The notes beneath the pieces are model-generated. The model made no database searches. It worked only from the letters and a program-made list of their open reading frames with translations, and was not told the DNA's origin. Of a stretch of DNA of 64,000 bases, positions 42,769 through 52,816 are shown piece by piece. A program made the position numbers and the translations under genes. The stretch spans positions 323,626 to 387,625 of the forward strand of contig QCGV01000001.1 in NCBI GenBank assembly GCA_003278145.1. The letters are read 5' to 3'. This DNA comes from OCS116 cluster bacterium AG-390-A19. GTDB taxonomy: Bacteria; Pseudomonadota; Alphaproteobacteria; MED-G09. Positions within the stretch are counted from its first letter, which is position 1. The number at the start of each line of letters is the position of its first letter.

Positions 42769-43557
42769 ATTAACACAAATTCTATAAAAATTCATAATGA
42801 AGAGGCATTCTGTGGAATGAGAAAAGTTGGAAAGCTTGCTGCAGAATTATTGGATTTATTTGTTGATAAGGTAAAGCCTGGAGTAACAACAGAATCTTTA
42901 GATTGCTTTGCGTATGAATTTATAAAAGATAATGGAGCAATTCCAGCGCCATTGAATTATAGGGGTTTTAAGAAATCAATATGTACATCTATAAACCACG
43001 TTATATGTCACGGTATACCAAGTGAAAGAGTTTTAGATGAAGGTGATATAGTTAATATTGATGTAACGCTTATACTTGATGGATGGCATGGTGATACATC
43101 AAGAATGTATTCTGCAGGGAATCCTTCTGTTAAAGCTCGAAATTTAATAAATAATACCTATGAAGCTATGATGAAGGGAATTAATCTTATCAAGCCAGGG
43201 GTAAAATTAGGTGACTTAGGTTTTGTCATTCAGAATCATGCTGAAACTAATAATTATTCTGTTGTTAGAGAGTTTTGTGGACATGGCTTAGGTGAAGTTT
43301 TTCATGATGAACCAAATATTTTGCATTATGGAGTTGAGGATACTGGACTGTCTCTTCAGGAGGGTATGTTTTTTACAGTAGAGCCAATGGTTAATATTGG
43401 AAAACCTGAAAGTAAAATTTTGTCTGATGGTTGGACTGCTGTTACAAGAGATAGAAGTTTATCTGCACAATTTGAGCATTCTGTAGGTGTAACATCTGAT
43501 GGAGTTGAAATTTTCACGAGATCCCTAAATAAAAGGGCTAATCCAATAGAAAATTAA
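42769..43557 (+). CDS. map: Methionine aminopeptidase type I (start uncertain: ATT 42769 or ATG 42817)
   Basis: CHGIP, IDVT, HGDTS, GHGLG, VEPM, AQFEH; conserved IKIH..E.F..MR N-terminus lies upstream of the first ATG. Confidence 0.95.
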   Translation: MNTNSIKIHNEEAFCGMRKVGKLAAELLDLFVDKVKPGVTTESLDCFAYEFIKDNGAIPAPLNYRGFKKSICTSINHVICHGIPSERVLDEGDIVNIDVTLILDGWHGDTSRMYSAGNPSVKARNLINNTYEAMMKGINLIKPGVKLGDLGFVIQNHAETNNYSVVREFCGHGLGEVFHDEPNILHYGVEDTGLSLQEGMFFTVEPMVNIGKPESKILSDGWTAVTRDRSLSAQFEHSVGVTSDGVEIFTRSLNKRANPIEN

Positions 43558-43600
43558 TTCCATAATTGATTATTTGGTTAAAATAGTTAAAAGGTTAGAA

Positions 43601-44893
43601 ATGGTTCCAAGATATTCAAGAAAAGAAATGGTTGAAATATGGAGTGATATTTCGAAATACTCAATTTGGTTAGATATTGAAATTCATGCTCTTGAGGGTA
43701 TGGAAAAAGTTGGCATTGTTCCGGCTGGTACTGCTGAAACAGTTAGAAGAAAAGCAAAGTTTGACTCTAAAAGAATTGATGAAATTGAAGCCGAGATTAA
43801 ACATGATGTTTTAGCATTTTTAACAAATATATCAGAAACTGTTGGACCTGAGGCAAGGTTTATTCACCAAGGAATGACATCTTCAGATGTTTTAGACACT
43901 TGCCTTAACATTCAATTAAAGAGAGCTGGAGAGCTTCTTTTAAAAGATATGGATTTATTATTATCTTCTATAAAATCTCAAGCTTTAAAACATAAGAAAA
44001 CAATTTGCGTAGGAAGAAGTCATGGAATTCATGCAGAGCCAACAACATTTGGATTAAAAATGTTACAAGCTTATGCTGAATTTTCCAGAAACAGAAAAAG
44101 ACTTGAGTTGTCCGTTGAGGAAATAAGCTCTTGTGCTATTTCAGGATCTGTAGGTACATTTGCAAATATTGATCCAAGTGTTGAGGAACATGTAGCAAAA
44201 GCCCTAGGATTAAATGTTGAGCCTGTATCGACTCAAATAATTCCTAGAGATAGACATGCAGCTTTCTTCTCAACTATGGGAATTATTGCTAGTTCAATTG
44301 AGAGGCTTGCTACCGAAATTAGACACCTTCAGCGTTCAGAAGTCTTGGAAGTAGAAGAATATTTTTCTTCAAAACAAAAGGGATCTTCATCAATGCCGCA
44401 TAAACGCAATCCTGTTTTAACAGAAAATTTAACAGGTCTTGCAAGGGTTGTAAGAAGTTCAGTTATGCCAGCGCTCGAGAATATTTCTTTGTGGCATGAA
44501 AGAGATATTTCACATTCTAGCGTTGAAAGATTTATTGGTCCAGACACCACTATTACACTTGATTTTGCATTAAACCGTTTAAATAATGTTGTAGAAAATA
44601 TGGTTGTATACCCAGATAATATGATGAGGAATCTTGAAAAATTTAATGGTCTTGTTTTTTCTCAAAGAGTTTTACTCTCTCTTACTCAAAAAAATATAAG
44701 TAGGGAGGATTCTTATTTAATGGTTCAAAGAAATTCCATGAAAGTTTGGAATGATGAAGGATCGTTTTATGAATTAATAAAAAAAGATAAAGAAATTTGT
44801 TCGATTTTATCTAATGATGAAATTGACGATATCTTTGATTTGAATTATCACTTGAAACACATTGAAGAAATTTTTCAGAGAGTCTTGGAGTAA
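43601..44893 (+). CDS. purB: Adenylosuccinate lyase
   Basis: MVPRYSR, KHDV, GRSHGIHAEP, GSSSMPHKRNP. Confidence 0.98.
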   Translation: MVPRYSRKEMVEIWSDISKYSIWLDIEIHALEGMEKVGIVPAGTAETVRRKAKFDSKRIDEIEAEIKHDVLAFLTNISETVGPEARFIHQGMTSSDVLDTCLNIQLKRAGELLLKDMDLLLSSIKSQALKHKKTICVGRSHGIHAEPTTFGLKMLQAYAEFSRNRKRLELSVEEISSCAISGSVGTFANIDPSVEEHVAKALGLNVEPVSTQIIPRDRHAAFFSTMGIIASSIERLATEIRHLQRSEVLEVEEYFSSKQKGSSSMPHKRNPVLTENLTGLARVVRSSVMPALENISLWHERDISHSSVERFIGPDTTITLDFALNRLNNVVENMVVYPDNMMRNLEKFNGLVFSQRVLLSLTQKNISREDSYLMVQRNSMKVWNDEGSFYELIKKDKEICSILSNDEIDDIFDLNYHLKHIEEIFQRVLE

Positions 44894-44900
44894 TATTTAT

Positions 44901-44988
44901 GCGGCCATGGTGGAACAGGTAGACACAAGGGACTTAAAATCCCTCGGCAGATAATGCCGTCCCGGTTCGACTCCGGGTGGCCGCACCA
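44901..44988 (+). tRNA. tRNA-Leu (anticodon UAA)
   Basis: GCGGCCA acceptor, AGGGA-CTTAAAA-TCCCT anticodon arm, long variable arm, GGTTCGACTCC, CCA end. Confidence 0.97.
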
Positions 44989-44990
44989 TC

Positions 44991-45179
44991 TTAACCAGAG
45001 TATTTGTATAAAGTTCCGCAGTAGGGGCATACAATTTCTTTTTTTCTTCCAAAGTTAAGAAAAATATGAGGATGATCATGCGGTGGCTTTGCTCCCAAAC
45101 AATTAAATTCTTTAAACTTAATTTTAATTGATTTCTGGCCTTTATCATTTGTTACTTTTGGTATCTCAGTACTTATCAT
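44991..45179 (-). CDS. Zinc-finger (zf-CHCC) domain protein
   Basis: C.GA.PP.DHPHIFL...CPYCG. Confidence 0.85.
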   Translation of the reverse strand: MISTEIPKVTNDKGQKSIKIKFKEFNCLGAKPPHDHPHIFLNFGRKKEIVCPYCGTLYKYSG

Positions 45180-45190
45180 AATTGGATTCC

Positions 45191-45976
45191 TTATTGTTTA
45201 GGTAAAGACAAATGCATACCAGCATCAGAAATTAATGTCTCACCAGTTATATGCTCTCCACCCTCTAAACAAAAGAAGATAACTGACTTTGCAATATCGT
45301 CAGGTGTTCCAGCTCTTTTTAAAGGAGTTATATCCTCTTGATCTTTAACAATTCTGTTAAATGTTTCTTCTCCAAATCTATCTAAAAACCAACCAGTACC
45401 AATAAAACCAGGACATACAGTATTTACTCTAATTTCTGGTCCCAAGGCTTTAGCTAAAGAGAGTGTCATTGTATTTAATGCACCTTTAGACGCTGCATAG
45501 GCAATTGATGATCCAATACCAGTTTTACCTGCTATTGAAGATACATTAACGACGCTTCCAAATTTTTGCTTTTTCATATGAGGCTCAACAGCTCTTATCA
45601 TTTGGTATGGACCAACAACATTTACTTTGTAAATATTTATAAAATCTTGATCAGTTAATGCATCAAGTTTTTGATGATTGGCAAATTTAGTAGTTCCAGC
45701 ATTATTTACTAATATATCAACTTTTTTAAATTTTTTTATTGTTTCATTAACAAGATTTACACAATTATCATCTGCAGCAACATCACCTTTAACACATAAG
45801 GTTTCGACTTGATATTCTTTACAAATTTTTTCTATTTCTTCAGCTTTTTCCTTATTTTTAGAATAATTTATAACAACATTAACTCCTTTCTGAGCAAGCC
45901 CTATTGCTACTGAAGCTCCTAGACCAGCTGATGATCCAGTAATTATTGCCACTTTATCTTTATTTTCCATGTGCAT
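45191..45976 (-). CDS. Short-chain dehydrogenase/reductase (FabG-like)
   Basis: TGSSAGLG, NNAG, YAASK, ITG. Confidence 0.9.
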   Translation of the reverse strand: MHMENKDKVAIITGSSAGLGASVAIGLAQKGVNVVINYSKNKEKAEEIEKICKEYQVETLCVKGDVAADDNCVNLVNETIKKFKKVDILVNNAGTTKFANHQKLDALTDQDFINIYKVNVVGPYQMIRAVEPHMKKQKFGSVVNVSSIAGKTGIGSSIAYAASKGALNTMTLSLAKALGPEIRVNTVCPGFIGTGWFLDRFGEETFNRIVKDQEDITPLKRAGTPDDIAKSVIFFCLEGGEHITGETLISDAGMHLSLPKQ

Positions 45977-46091
45977 CCTTTAAATTTTTGTTATATACGA
46001 AATTATATTATTTAATTTAAACTATTTATAAAAAACTAAAAAATAATAACAAATCATTTTTTATTTTTTTAAAATAATTATGTGGGGTCAA

Positions 46092-46841
46092 ATGTCTTCG
46101 ATAGAAAAAATTAACAGAGATTGCCCTGTTTGGGAAAAGCTTTTAGCTGAGGTTAATGATACTGTTAAACATGAACCAGATCTTGAAGAGTTTTTTGCAA
46201 AATCGATTTTAAACTTTTCTGATATTGAATCTTCAATTTCATATGTTTTAGCTAATCAACTTCAGCAAAATGGCTTTGATTTAGAAAAAACACAATCAAT
46301 AATTTATAATGCATTTATTTCGGAAGAAAATGCTTATGAAAAAATTATAACAGATATCAATACTGTATTCGATAGAGATCCAGCATGTATTACTTATTAT
46401 CAACCAATATTGTTCTTCAAAGGTTTTCAATCCCTTCAAGTCTACAGAGCAGCAAATCATTATTGGAAAAAGGGTAATAAAGCTACTGCTTTTTATCTTC
46501 AATCAAGAGCTTCTCAAATATTTGATATAGATATTCATCCTGCTGCTGTTATTGGAAAAGGTGTTTTAATGGATCATGCGACTGGCTTGGTAATTGGCGA
46601 AACAGCAACTGTTGGTGATGGCTGTTCAATTTTTCATGATGTAACATTGGGTGCAACAGGTAGCCAAACTGGAGACAGACATCCAAAAGTAGGAAAAAAT
46701 GTAACTATATCTGCTAATGTTTCAATTTTAGGAAATATTAAGATTGGGGATAATGTAAAAATTGGGGCTAGTTCACTTGTTCTTGAAGATTTACCTGCAA
46801 ATTGTACAGCTGTGGGTGTTCCAGCAAAAATTAAGAAATAA
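46092..46841 (+). CDS. cysE: Serine O-acetyltransferase
   Basis: RDPAC, DIHPAA, DHATG, DRHPK; ATG 46092 preferred over 46080. Confidence 0.95.
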   Translation: MSSIEKINRDCPVWEKLLAEVNDTVKHEPDLEEFFAKSILNFSDIESSISYVLANQLQQNGFDLEKTQSIIYNAFISEENAYEKIITDINTVFDRDPACITYYQPILFFKGFQSLQVYRAANHYWKKGNKATAFYLQSRASQIFDIDIHPAAVIGKGVLMDHATGLVIGETATVGDGCSIFHDVTLGATGSQTGDRHPKVGKNVTISANVSILGNIKIGDNVKIGASSLVLEDLPANCTAVGVPAKIKK

Positions 46842-46855
46842 TAAAGCGAGTTTAA

Positions 46856-47263
46856 ATGAAAAATGATGAAATTTTAATTGTTCAGGATTATTTAAGAATA
46901 ACTTTTGGCAATGAAGAAATTCAAATTAGAAAGTCCGAAAATGATGATAACTTAAACAGTATTTTCATTAATAACTCCCGTATTGGTAACATTTTTAGAG
47001 ATATTGATCCAGATGATAAGGAAGTAACTTATACAGTTAGCATCCCTATATCTTTATCAGGAGAAAATAATATATCTCATCAACAATATTTGATAGATCT
47101 TTTAGGTACGGATAAAATTTTTCTAACAGGCAGGGGGTCTATTGATGATTCTCAAGAGGTTTATTTAAAAAGAGCCGAGGATGATGAATATATTGGTATT
47201 ATTTATAAAAATGATGACGCATCATACACCTTTACAATGTCTATCTTAGATTTTGATTTATAA
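46856..47263 (+). CDS. DUF3126-like protein with two tandem copies of the domain
   Basis: Repeated QxYL...(F/L)G...I....D...(I/V)....IG.I..(D/N)....Y pattern; C-terminal MSILDFDL; follows cysE as usual in alphaproteobacteria. Confidence 0.7.
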   Translation: MKNDEILIVQDYLRITFGNEEIQIRKSENDDNLNSIFINNSRIGNIFRDIDPDDKEVTYTVSIPISLSGENNISHQQYLIDLLGTDKIFLTGRGSIDDSQEVYLKRAEDDEYIGIIYKNDDASYTFTMSILDFDL

Positions 47264-47273
47264 TATAGAAAAA

Positions 47274-47810
47274 ATGGCAATATACGAATTAGATAATAAA
47301 AAACCAAAATTACCGAAGAAAGGATCTTATTGGGTCGCTTCAAATGCTTCTGTTATTGGAGATGTTGAGGTTCATGAGGGTGCAAGTATATGGTTTAATA
47401 CTGTTGTGAGAGGTGATTGTGAAAAAATAATAATCGGTAAAAATTCTAATATTCAAGATAGTAGTGTTCTTCATAATGATTATGGATATCCTTTAATTAT
47501 TGGAAAAGATGTAACTGTAGGTCATCAAGTAATGCTTCATGGTTGTGATATTGGTGATAATTCACTGATTGGAATTGGAGCGGTGATTCTAAATGGTGCA
47601 AAAATTGGTAAAAACTGTTTAATAGGATCAAAAGCTCTTATTCCTGAAGGTAAGATTATTCCAGATAATTCTATGGTTGTGGGAATTCCAGGAAGAGTGA
47701 TTAAATCAATTGATAAAGATATGGAGCTTTTTTTGAAAGCATCAGCTGATCATTATAACGAAAATTGGAATCGTTTTTCAAAAACACTAAAATTAATAGA
47801 TGAGGATTAA
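47274..47810 (+). CDS. Gamma carbonic anhydrase family protein
   Basis: RGD, NIQD, H..., GHQVMLHGC hexapeptide repeats. Confidence 0.92.
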   Translation: MAIYELDNKKPKLPKKGSYWVASNASVIGDVEVHEGASIWFNTVVRGDCEKIIIGKNSNIQDSSVLHNDYGYPLIIGKDVTVGHQVMLHGCDIGDNSLIGIGAVILNGAKIGKNCLIGSKALIPEGKIIPDNSMVVGIPGRVIKSIDKDMELFLKASADHYNENWNRFSKTLKLIDED

Positions 47811-47811
47811 A

Positions 47812-48588
47812 ATGGATTATGAATTTTCAAAATTAGAGAAAAAAGAAAAATTATGGATTATTACTTTAAATAGGCCTGAGAGAATGAACGCTCTTCATTC
47901 ACCTGCTCATTTTGAGTTAGAAAATATTTTCAATGATTTTTCAAATGACGAAAATGCATGGGTAGCAATAATTACTGGAGAAGGTGAAAGAGCTTTTTGT
48001 GCAGGTAATGATCTTAGGTATCAGGCAGAAGGCGGAAAAATGGAAAGAAACGACACTGGTTTTGCAGGCTTAACATCACGATTTAACTTAAATAAACCAC
48101 TTATTGCTGCAGTTAATGGGGTTGCAATGGGAGGAGGATTTGAAATTGCTTTGGCTTGTGATTTAATAATAGCCTCCGAAAATGCTACATTTGCATTACC
48201 CGAACCAAAAGTAGGTCTTGCTGCTTTAGCCGGTGGAATGCACCGATTACCCAGACAAATTGGAATGAAAAGAGCAATGAGTATGATGCTTACTGGAAGA
48301 ACTGTAGGTGCTGAAGAAGGCTTAAATTTAGGTTTTGTTAATGAGGTTACAAAAATCGAAGAATTAATGAAAACTGCTGAAAATTGGGCACAATTAATTT
48401 TAGATTGTTCCCCAACATCAATTAGGACAACTAAAGATGTAGCAATGTCAGGTTTATCACATGCCAATATAGAAGATGCTATGTCTGCAAAATATGAGTC
48501 AGTTATAAATTTATTTAAAAGTGAGGATTTTATTGAAGGACCTTTGGCTTTTTCTGAAAAAAGGAAACCAAATTGGACTGGCAAGTAA
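47812..48588 (+). CDS. Enoyl-CoA hydratase / crotonase family protein
   Basis: NRPERMNAL, AFCAGNDL, GGGFE, LPEPKVGL. Confidence 0.93.
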   Translation: MDYEFSKLEKKEKLWIITLNRPERMNALHSPAHFELENIFNDFSNDENAWVAIITGEGERAFCAGNDLRYQAEGGKMERNDTGFAGLTSRFNLNKPLIAAVNGVAMGGGFEIALACDLIIASENATFALPEPKVGLAALAGGMHRLPRQIGMKRAMSMMLTGRTVGAEEGLNLGFVNEVTKIEELMKTAENWAQLILDCSPTSIRTTKDVAMSGLSHANIEDAMSAKYESVINLFKSEDFIEGPLAFSEKRKPNWTGK

Positions 48589-48594
48589 CCACTT

Positions 48595-49200
48595 ATGAGT
48601 AAAATAGAATTCTTTTTTGATTGTTCCTCTCCATGGACTTATTTAGCTTTTCATGGTTTTCAAGAAATTATTAAAAATAATAAAATTCAAGTAGAGTGGA
48701 AACCTATTCTTGTTGGTGGTGTTTTTAATTCCGTAAATCAAGATATATACGAAACAAGAAAAAACCCCAATCCTTTAAAATTTAAATATTCCAGAAAAGA
48801 CTTAAAAGATTGGTCGGCTCTTTACAATATTACAATTAATTGGCCAGATTTATTTCCTTTGAACGCAGTGAATGTAATGCGAGGCGTAATAGTAGCTGAT
48901 AAGTATAATAAACTTGTTCCTTTTAGTTATTCCTGTTTTGAATTGTATTGGTCAAAAGGAAAGGATATTTCTGATTTAGATATTTTATCTGAAATAGCCG
49001 TTGCTAATGGTATTGAAAAAGATATTTTTATTAATGAAATTAAAACTCAAGCTATTAAGGACCAGTTAAGAAAAAATACAGATAATTTAATGGAAAGAGG
49101 AGGGTTTGGCTCTCCTACAATTTTTATTAATGAAAATGACATGTATTTTGGTAATGACCGTTTACAATTAGTAAAAGAAAAAATTTTGGGGAATTTTTGA
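48595..49200 (+). CDS. 2-hydroxychromene-2-carboxylate isomerase (DsbA/GST-kappa family)
   Basis: FDCSSPWTY, GFGSPT, FGNDRL. Confidence 0.9.
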   Translation: MSKIEFFFDCSSPWTYLAFHGFQEIIKNNKIQVEWKPILVGGVFNSVNQDIYETRKNPNPLKFKYSRKDLKDWSALYNITINWPDLFPLNAVNVMRGVIVADKYNKLVPFSYSCFELYWSKGKDISDLDILSEIAVANGIEKDIFINEIKTQAIKDQLRKNTDNLMERGGFGSPTIFINENDMYFGNDRLQLVKEKILGNF

Positions 49201-49201
49201 T

Positions 49202-49453
49202 ATGAAAATTAAGCTAAGTTATTGGAGTGCAAATATACTGATAGTTATTTTTCTTCTTTCTATTTGGTTTCTTTCTTCTTTCGGTGCAGGGATATTATTT
49301 ACGGAATATCTTGATAAATTTCAAATTGGTGGTTTTAAGGTTGGATTTTGGTTTTCTCAACAAGGCTCTATCATAACTTTTGTTTTAATAATTGTTCTTT
49401 ATTGCTTTCTTATGAATAGATTAGATAAAATATATAATTCTGAGGGGGAATAA
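49202..49453 (+). CDS. DUF4212 small membrane partner of a sodium:solute symporter
   Basis: GFKVGFWFSQQGS; directly precedes the SSS gene. Confidence 0.88.
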   Translation: MKIKLSYWSANILIVIFLLSIWFLSSFGAGILFTEYLDKFQIGGFKVGFWFSQQGSIITFVLIIVLYCFLMNRLDKIYNSEGE

Positions 49454-51202
49454 TTGGATCTTCAGTTTCTTACATATTTGATAGCAGGTGCATCTTTTGC
49501 TTTGTATATTGGTATTGCCTTATGGTCTAAAGCATCTTCTACAAATGAATTTTATATAGCTGGGGGAGGAGTACATCCTGTAGCAAATGGTATGGCTACT
49601 GCAGCCGACTGGATGTCAGCAGCATCATTTATTTCTATGGCAGGGATTATATCTTTTATGGGAAGGGATGGAGCTGTTTATCTTATGGGTTGGACTGGTG
49701 GCTATGTTTTACTCGCTCTTTTATTGGCTCCATATTTAAGAAAGTTTGGCAAATATACAGTACCTGATTTTATTGGCGAGAGGTATTATTCAAAGATTGC
49801 TAGGTTTGTCGCAGTCCTTTGCCTAATATTTGTTTCATTTACCTATATAGCTGGTCAAATGAGAGGGGTAGGAATTGTTTTTTCTAGATTCTTAGAGGTT
49901 GATATAAATACCGGTGTGATAGTTGGAATGGTGATTGTTTTTATTTATGCTGTTTTAGGAGGTATGAAAGGAATCACCTATACCCAGGTTGCACAATATT
50001 GTGTTTTAATTTTTGCATATATGGTTCCAGCAATTTTTATTTCTATTTTAATTACTGGAAATCCAGTTCCTCAATTGGGTTTTGGTTCAAAAATTTTAAA
50101 TGAAGATATATATCTACTTGATAAGTTAAACCTCGTTTTAAATGATTTAGGCTTTAATGATTACACTGAGTCAATTAGATCAAAAATAGATGTTTTTTGC
50201 ATTACAGCAGCCCTTATGGCAGGCACTGCAGGATTGCCTCATGTAATAGTTAGATTTTTTACTGTACCAAGGGTAAGAGATGCAAGAACATCTGCTGGTT
50301 GGGCTTTAATGTTTATTGCAATTTTGTATACGACTGCTCCAGCAGTTTCTTCTTTTTCAAGGTTAAATTTTATTGATACTATTCATAATTCTGAATATCA
50401 AACAACCCCACAATGGTTCAAAAATTGGGAAAATATTGGATTAATTTCATGGTCAGATAAAAATAATGATGGAATTATTCAATATGGGCCTGGAAAAGCT
50501 CTAGAAAATACTAAACCAATTTTTTCTAATCAAAGGGGAGAGAGTGGCGAGAGAGTTGTTTTGAATAAACCCTCAGATAATAATAATGAAATTTATATTG
50601 ATAGAGATATTATGGTTCTTGCTAATCCAGAAATCGCAGCTTTACCTAATTGGGTCATTGCTCTTGTAGCTGCTGGAGCATTGGCAGCAGCTTTGTCAAC
50701 TGCAGCTGGTTTATTATTAGTAATTTCTTCTGCGATAAGTCATGATTTGATGAAAAAAATATTTCGTCCGTCAATTAATGATAAGCAGGAATTATTCTAT
50801 GCAAGACTGTCTGCCGCTATTGCTATAGCTATCGCTGGTATTTTTGGAATTTATCCACCAGCATTTGTTGCTCAGGTTGTAGCCTTTGCATTTGGTCTAG
50901 CCGCTTCATCAATTTTTCCAGTTTTAATAATGGGAATTTTCTCAAAAAGAATTAATTCAGTTGGTGCAATATCTGGGATGGTTTCAGGATTAATCTTTAC
51001 TTTGAGTTATATTGTATTTTTTAAATTTATTTCCCCAGAACTTAATTCCCCAGATCATTGGATTTTAGGTATTTCGCCAGAGGGTATTGGTGTAGTGGGG
51101 ATGCTAATTAATTTTTTCTTTGCGATTATAATATCCTCTATAACTAAACCACCTCCAGAAGAAATAAGAACTTTAGTTAATAAAATTAGACAACCTAGTT
51201 AA
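49454..51202 (+). CDS. Sodium:solute symporter (ActP-like cation/acetate symporter)
   Basis: NGMATAADWMSAASF, GTAGLPH, AALST. Confidence 0.92.
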   Translation: MDLQFLTYLIAGASFALYIGIALWSKASSTNEFYIAGGGVHPVANGMATAADWMSAASFISMAGIISFMGRDGAVYLMGWTGGYVLLALLLAPYLRKFGKYTVPDFIGERYYSKIARFVAVLCLIFVSFTYIAGQMRGVGIVFSRFLEVDINTGVIVGMVIVFIYAVLGGMKGITYTQVAQYCVLIFAYMVPAIFISILITGNPVPQLGFGSKILNEDIYLLDKLNLVLNDLGFNDYTESIRSKIDVFCITAALMAGTAGLPHVIVRFFTVPRVRDARTSAGWALMFIAILYTTAPAVSSFSRLNFIDTIHNSEYQTTPQWFKNWENIGLISWSDKNNDGIIQYGPGKALENTKPIFSNQRGESGERVVLNKPSDNNNEIYIDRDIMVLANPEIAALPNWVIALVAAGALAAALSTAAGLLLVISSAISHDLMKKIFRPSINDKQELFYARLSAAIAIAIAGIFGIYPPAFVAQVVAFAFGLAASSIFPVLIMGIFSKRINSVGAISGMVSGLIFTLSYIVFFKFISPELNSPDHWILGISPEGIGVVGMLINFFFAIIISSITKPPPEEIRTLVNKIRQPS

Positions 51203-51237
51203 TTTTATTGCTAAATAAAGTTATTTCATTTATCTAA

Positions 51238-51570
51238 GTGATTGTTATGGTAGAAAAAAATACTACAAGAAAAAATAAAGTTTCTAAAGTTAATATAGAG
51301 TCTTCTGATGATAAGATTGCTTTAATTATTATGAGTTTCATAGTTGATATTCTCTACAGTATTTTCTTTATTGTCTTGGCTTATTTAGCTTTTTGGATAA
51401 TTGTAGTTCTTGCTATACTAGGTTTTATTGTAAGGGCGGTCGGATCAGATCATCCTGATGACCTCAAGAACTTTACTAAAAGATTATCAGTTTATATGTC
51501 AGAGTGCTTAGATTTTTCCTCTCAGGTGGATAAAGAAAAACCATTTCCTTTTGGAAAGTTTCCTAATTAA
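51238..51570 (+). CDS. DUF4389-like membrane protein
   Basis: Hydrophobic hairpin and C-terminal EKPFPF. Confidence 0.7.
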   Translation: MIVMVEKNTTRKNKVSKVNIESSDDKIALIIMSFIVDILYSIFFIVLAYLAFWIIVVLAILGFIVRAVGSDHPDDLKNFTKRLSVYMSECLDFSSQVDKEKPFPFGKFPN

Positions 51571-52059
51571 TTATAATTTTGTAGGGTTTGGTGTATCGCC
51601 ATAAATCTCAACAGGGTCAAAAACTTTTTCTTTTTCTTCCCACTTTAATTCTAAATCTAAATTTATTTGATTTTCTGATGGAATAGACCTGTAAAAGCAT
51701 GATTTATAACCTACATGACAACTTGCACCTGAACCACCTACATCTACTATAAGCCAAATTGAGTCTTGGTCATCGTCAATTCTTATTTCTTTAACTTTTT
51801 GAGTAAGGCCAGAGGTTTGCCCCTTGTGCCACACAGTCTGCCTACTTCTGCTAAAATAAAATGCTTCTCCAGACTCAATTGTTTTAACCAATGCTTCCGC
51901 ATTCATATATCCAACCATAAGTACTTCATTTGTTTTACTGTCAGTAGTTACACATGGAATAAGACCGTTTTCATCGAATTTTGGAGAAAGTGTATTTCCT
52001 TCTTCAACTTCTTCAACCGATAATCTTTTATGAAATTTTTTTTGATAATCTTCTGACAA
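51571..52059 (-). CDS. hisI: Phosphoribosyl-AMP cyclohydrolase
   Basis: SRSRQ..WHKG.TSG, DDDQD, CHVGYKSCF. Confidence 0.95.
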   Translation of the reverse strand: MSEDYQKKFHKRLSVEEVEEGNTLSPKFDENGLIPCVTTDSKTNEVLMVGYMNAEALVKTIESGEAFYFSRSRQTVWHKGQTSGLTQKVKEIRIDDDQDSIWLIVDVGGSGASCHVGYKSCFYRSIPSENQINLDLELKWEEKEKVFDPVEIYGDTPNPTKL

Positions 52060-52061
52060 AT

Positions 52062-52685
52062 TTATTCCTTGATTAACTGCATAAATCTATTTCTTAGCTC
52101 AGGATCCTCAGAAAATAAGCCTGAAAATTTAGTAGTAACGGTTGAAACATTTGGTTTGTTAATACCTCTTGTTGTCATGCATTGATGTTTTGCATCAATC
52201 ATTACTGCTGTACCATATGGTTCAAGAACATTATCAATAGTATTGATAACTTGCATTGTCATTGTTTCTTGGGTTTGAAGACGTTTAGCAAAAATTTCTA
52301 CAACTCTTGCTAGTTTTGAAATACCCACAACTTTCTTATTTGGAAGATATGCTACGTGGGCCTTTCCTAAAATTGGAACCATGTGATGTTCGCAATGAGT
52401 TTCAATATTTATATCTCTAAGGAAAACTATATCATCATATCCATTAACATCTTCAAATGTTTTACCTAAAACTTTTGATGCATCTAGTTCATACCCTGCA
52501 AAAAACTCTTCATAGGCGTTAACAACTCTTTTGGGTGTCTCAATTAAACCCTCTCTCGAAGGATCATCTCCAGCCCATGATATTAAGGTTTTAACCGCTT
52601 CCATTGCTTCTTCTCTGGAGGGTTTATTTTCATTTAGTTTTGTTGATTCAGTATGAATAATTTCATCAGAAACTTTTTTATCCAT
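52062..52685 (-). CDS. folE: GTP cyclohydrolase I
   Basis: CEHHM, GISKLAR, RLQTQE, HQCMTTRG. Confidence 0.97.
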   Translation of the reverse strand: MDKKVSDEIIHTESTKLNENKPSREEAMEAVKTLISWAGDDPSREGLIETPKRVVNAYEEFFAGYELDASKVLGKTFEDVNGYDDIVFLRDINIETHCEHHMVPILGKAHVAYLPNKKVVGISKLARVVEIFAKRLQTQETMTMQVINTIDNVLEPYGTAVMIDAKHQCMTTRGINKPNVSTVTTKFSGLFSEDPELRNRFMQLIKE

Positions 52686-52816
52686 CAGTAATCTCCTTTC
52701 TAAGTAATATACATGTACAATTCTAGCGGCATTAGAGCAATATTTTTTTGTTTTTATTTAATTATTTAGTTTTTTCAATATATAAACTATCAATTAATTA
52801 ATAGAATTAATTAGAA

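Noticed and set aside
44897-45148. 83-aa minus-strand ORF
   Set aside because: Antisense to tRNA-Leu and out of frame with the zf-CHCC gene
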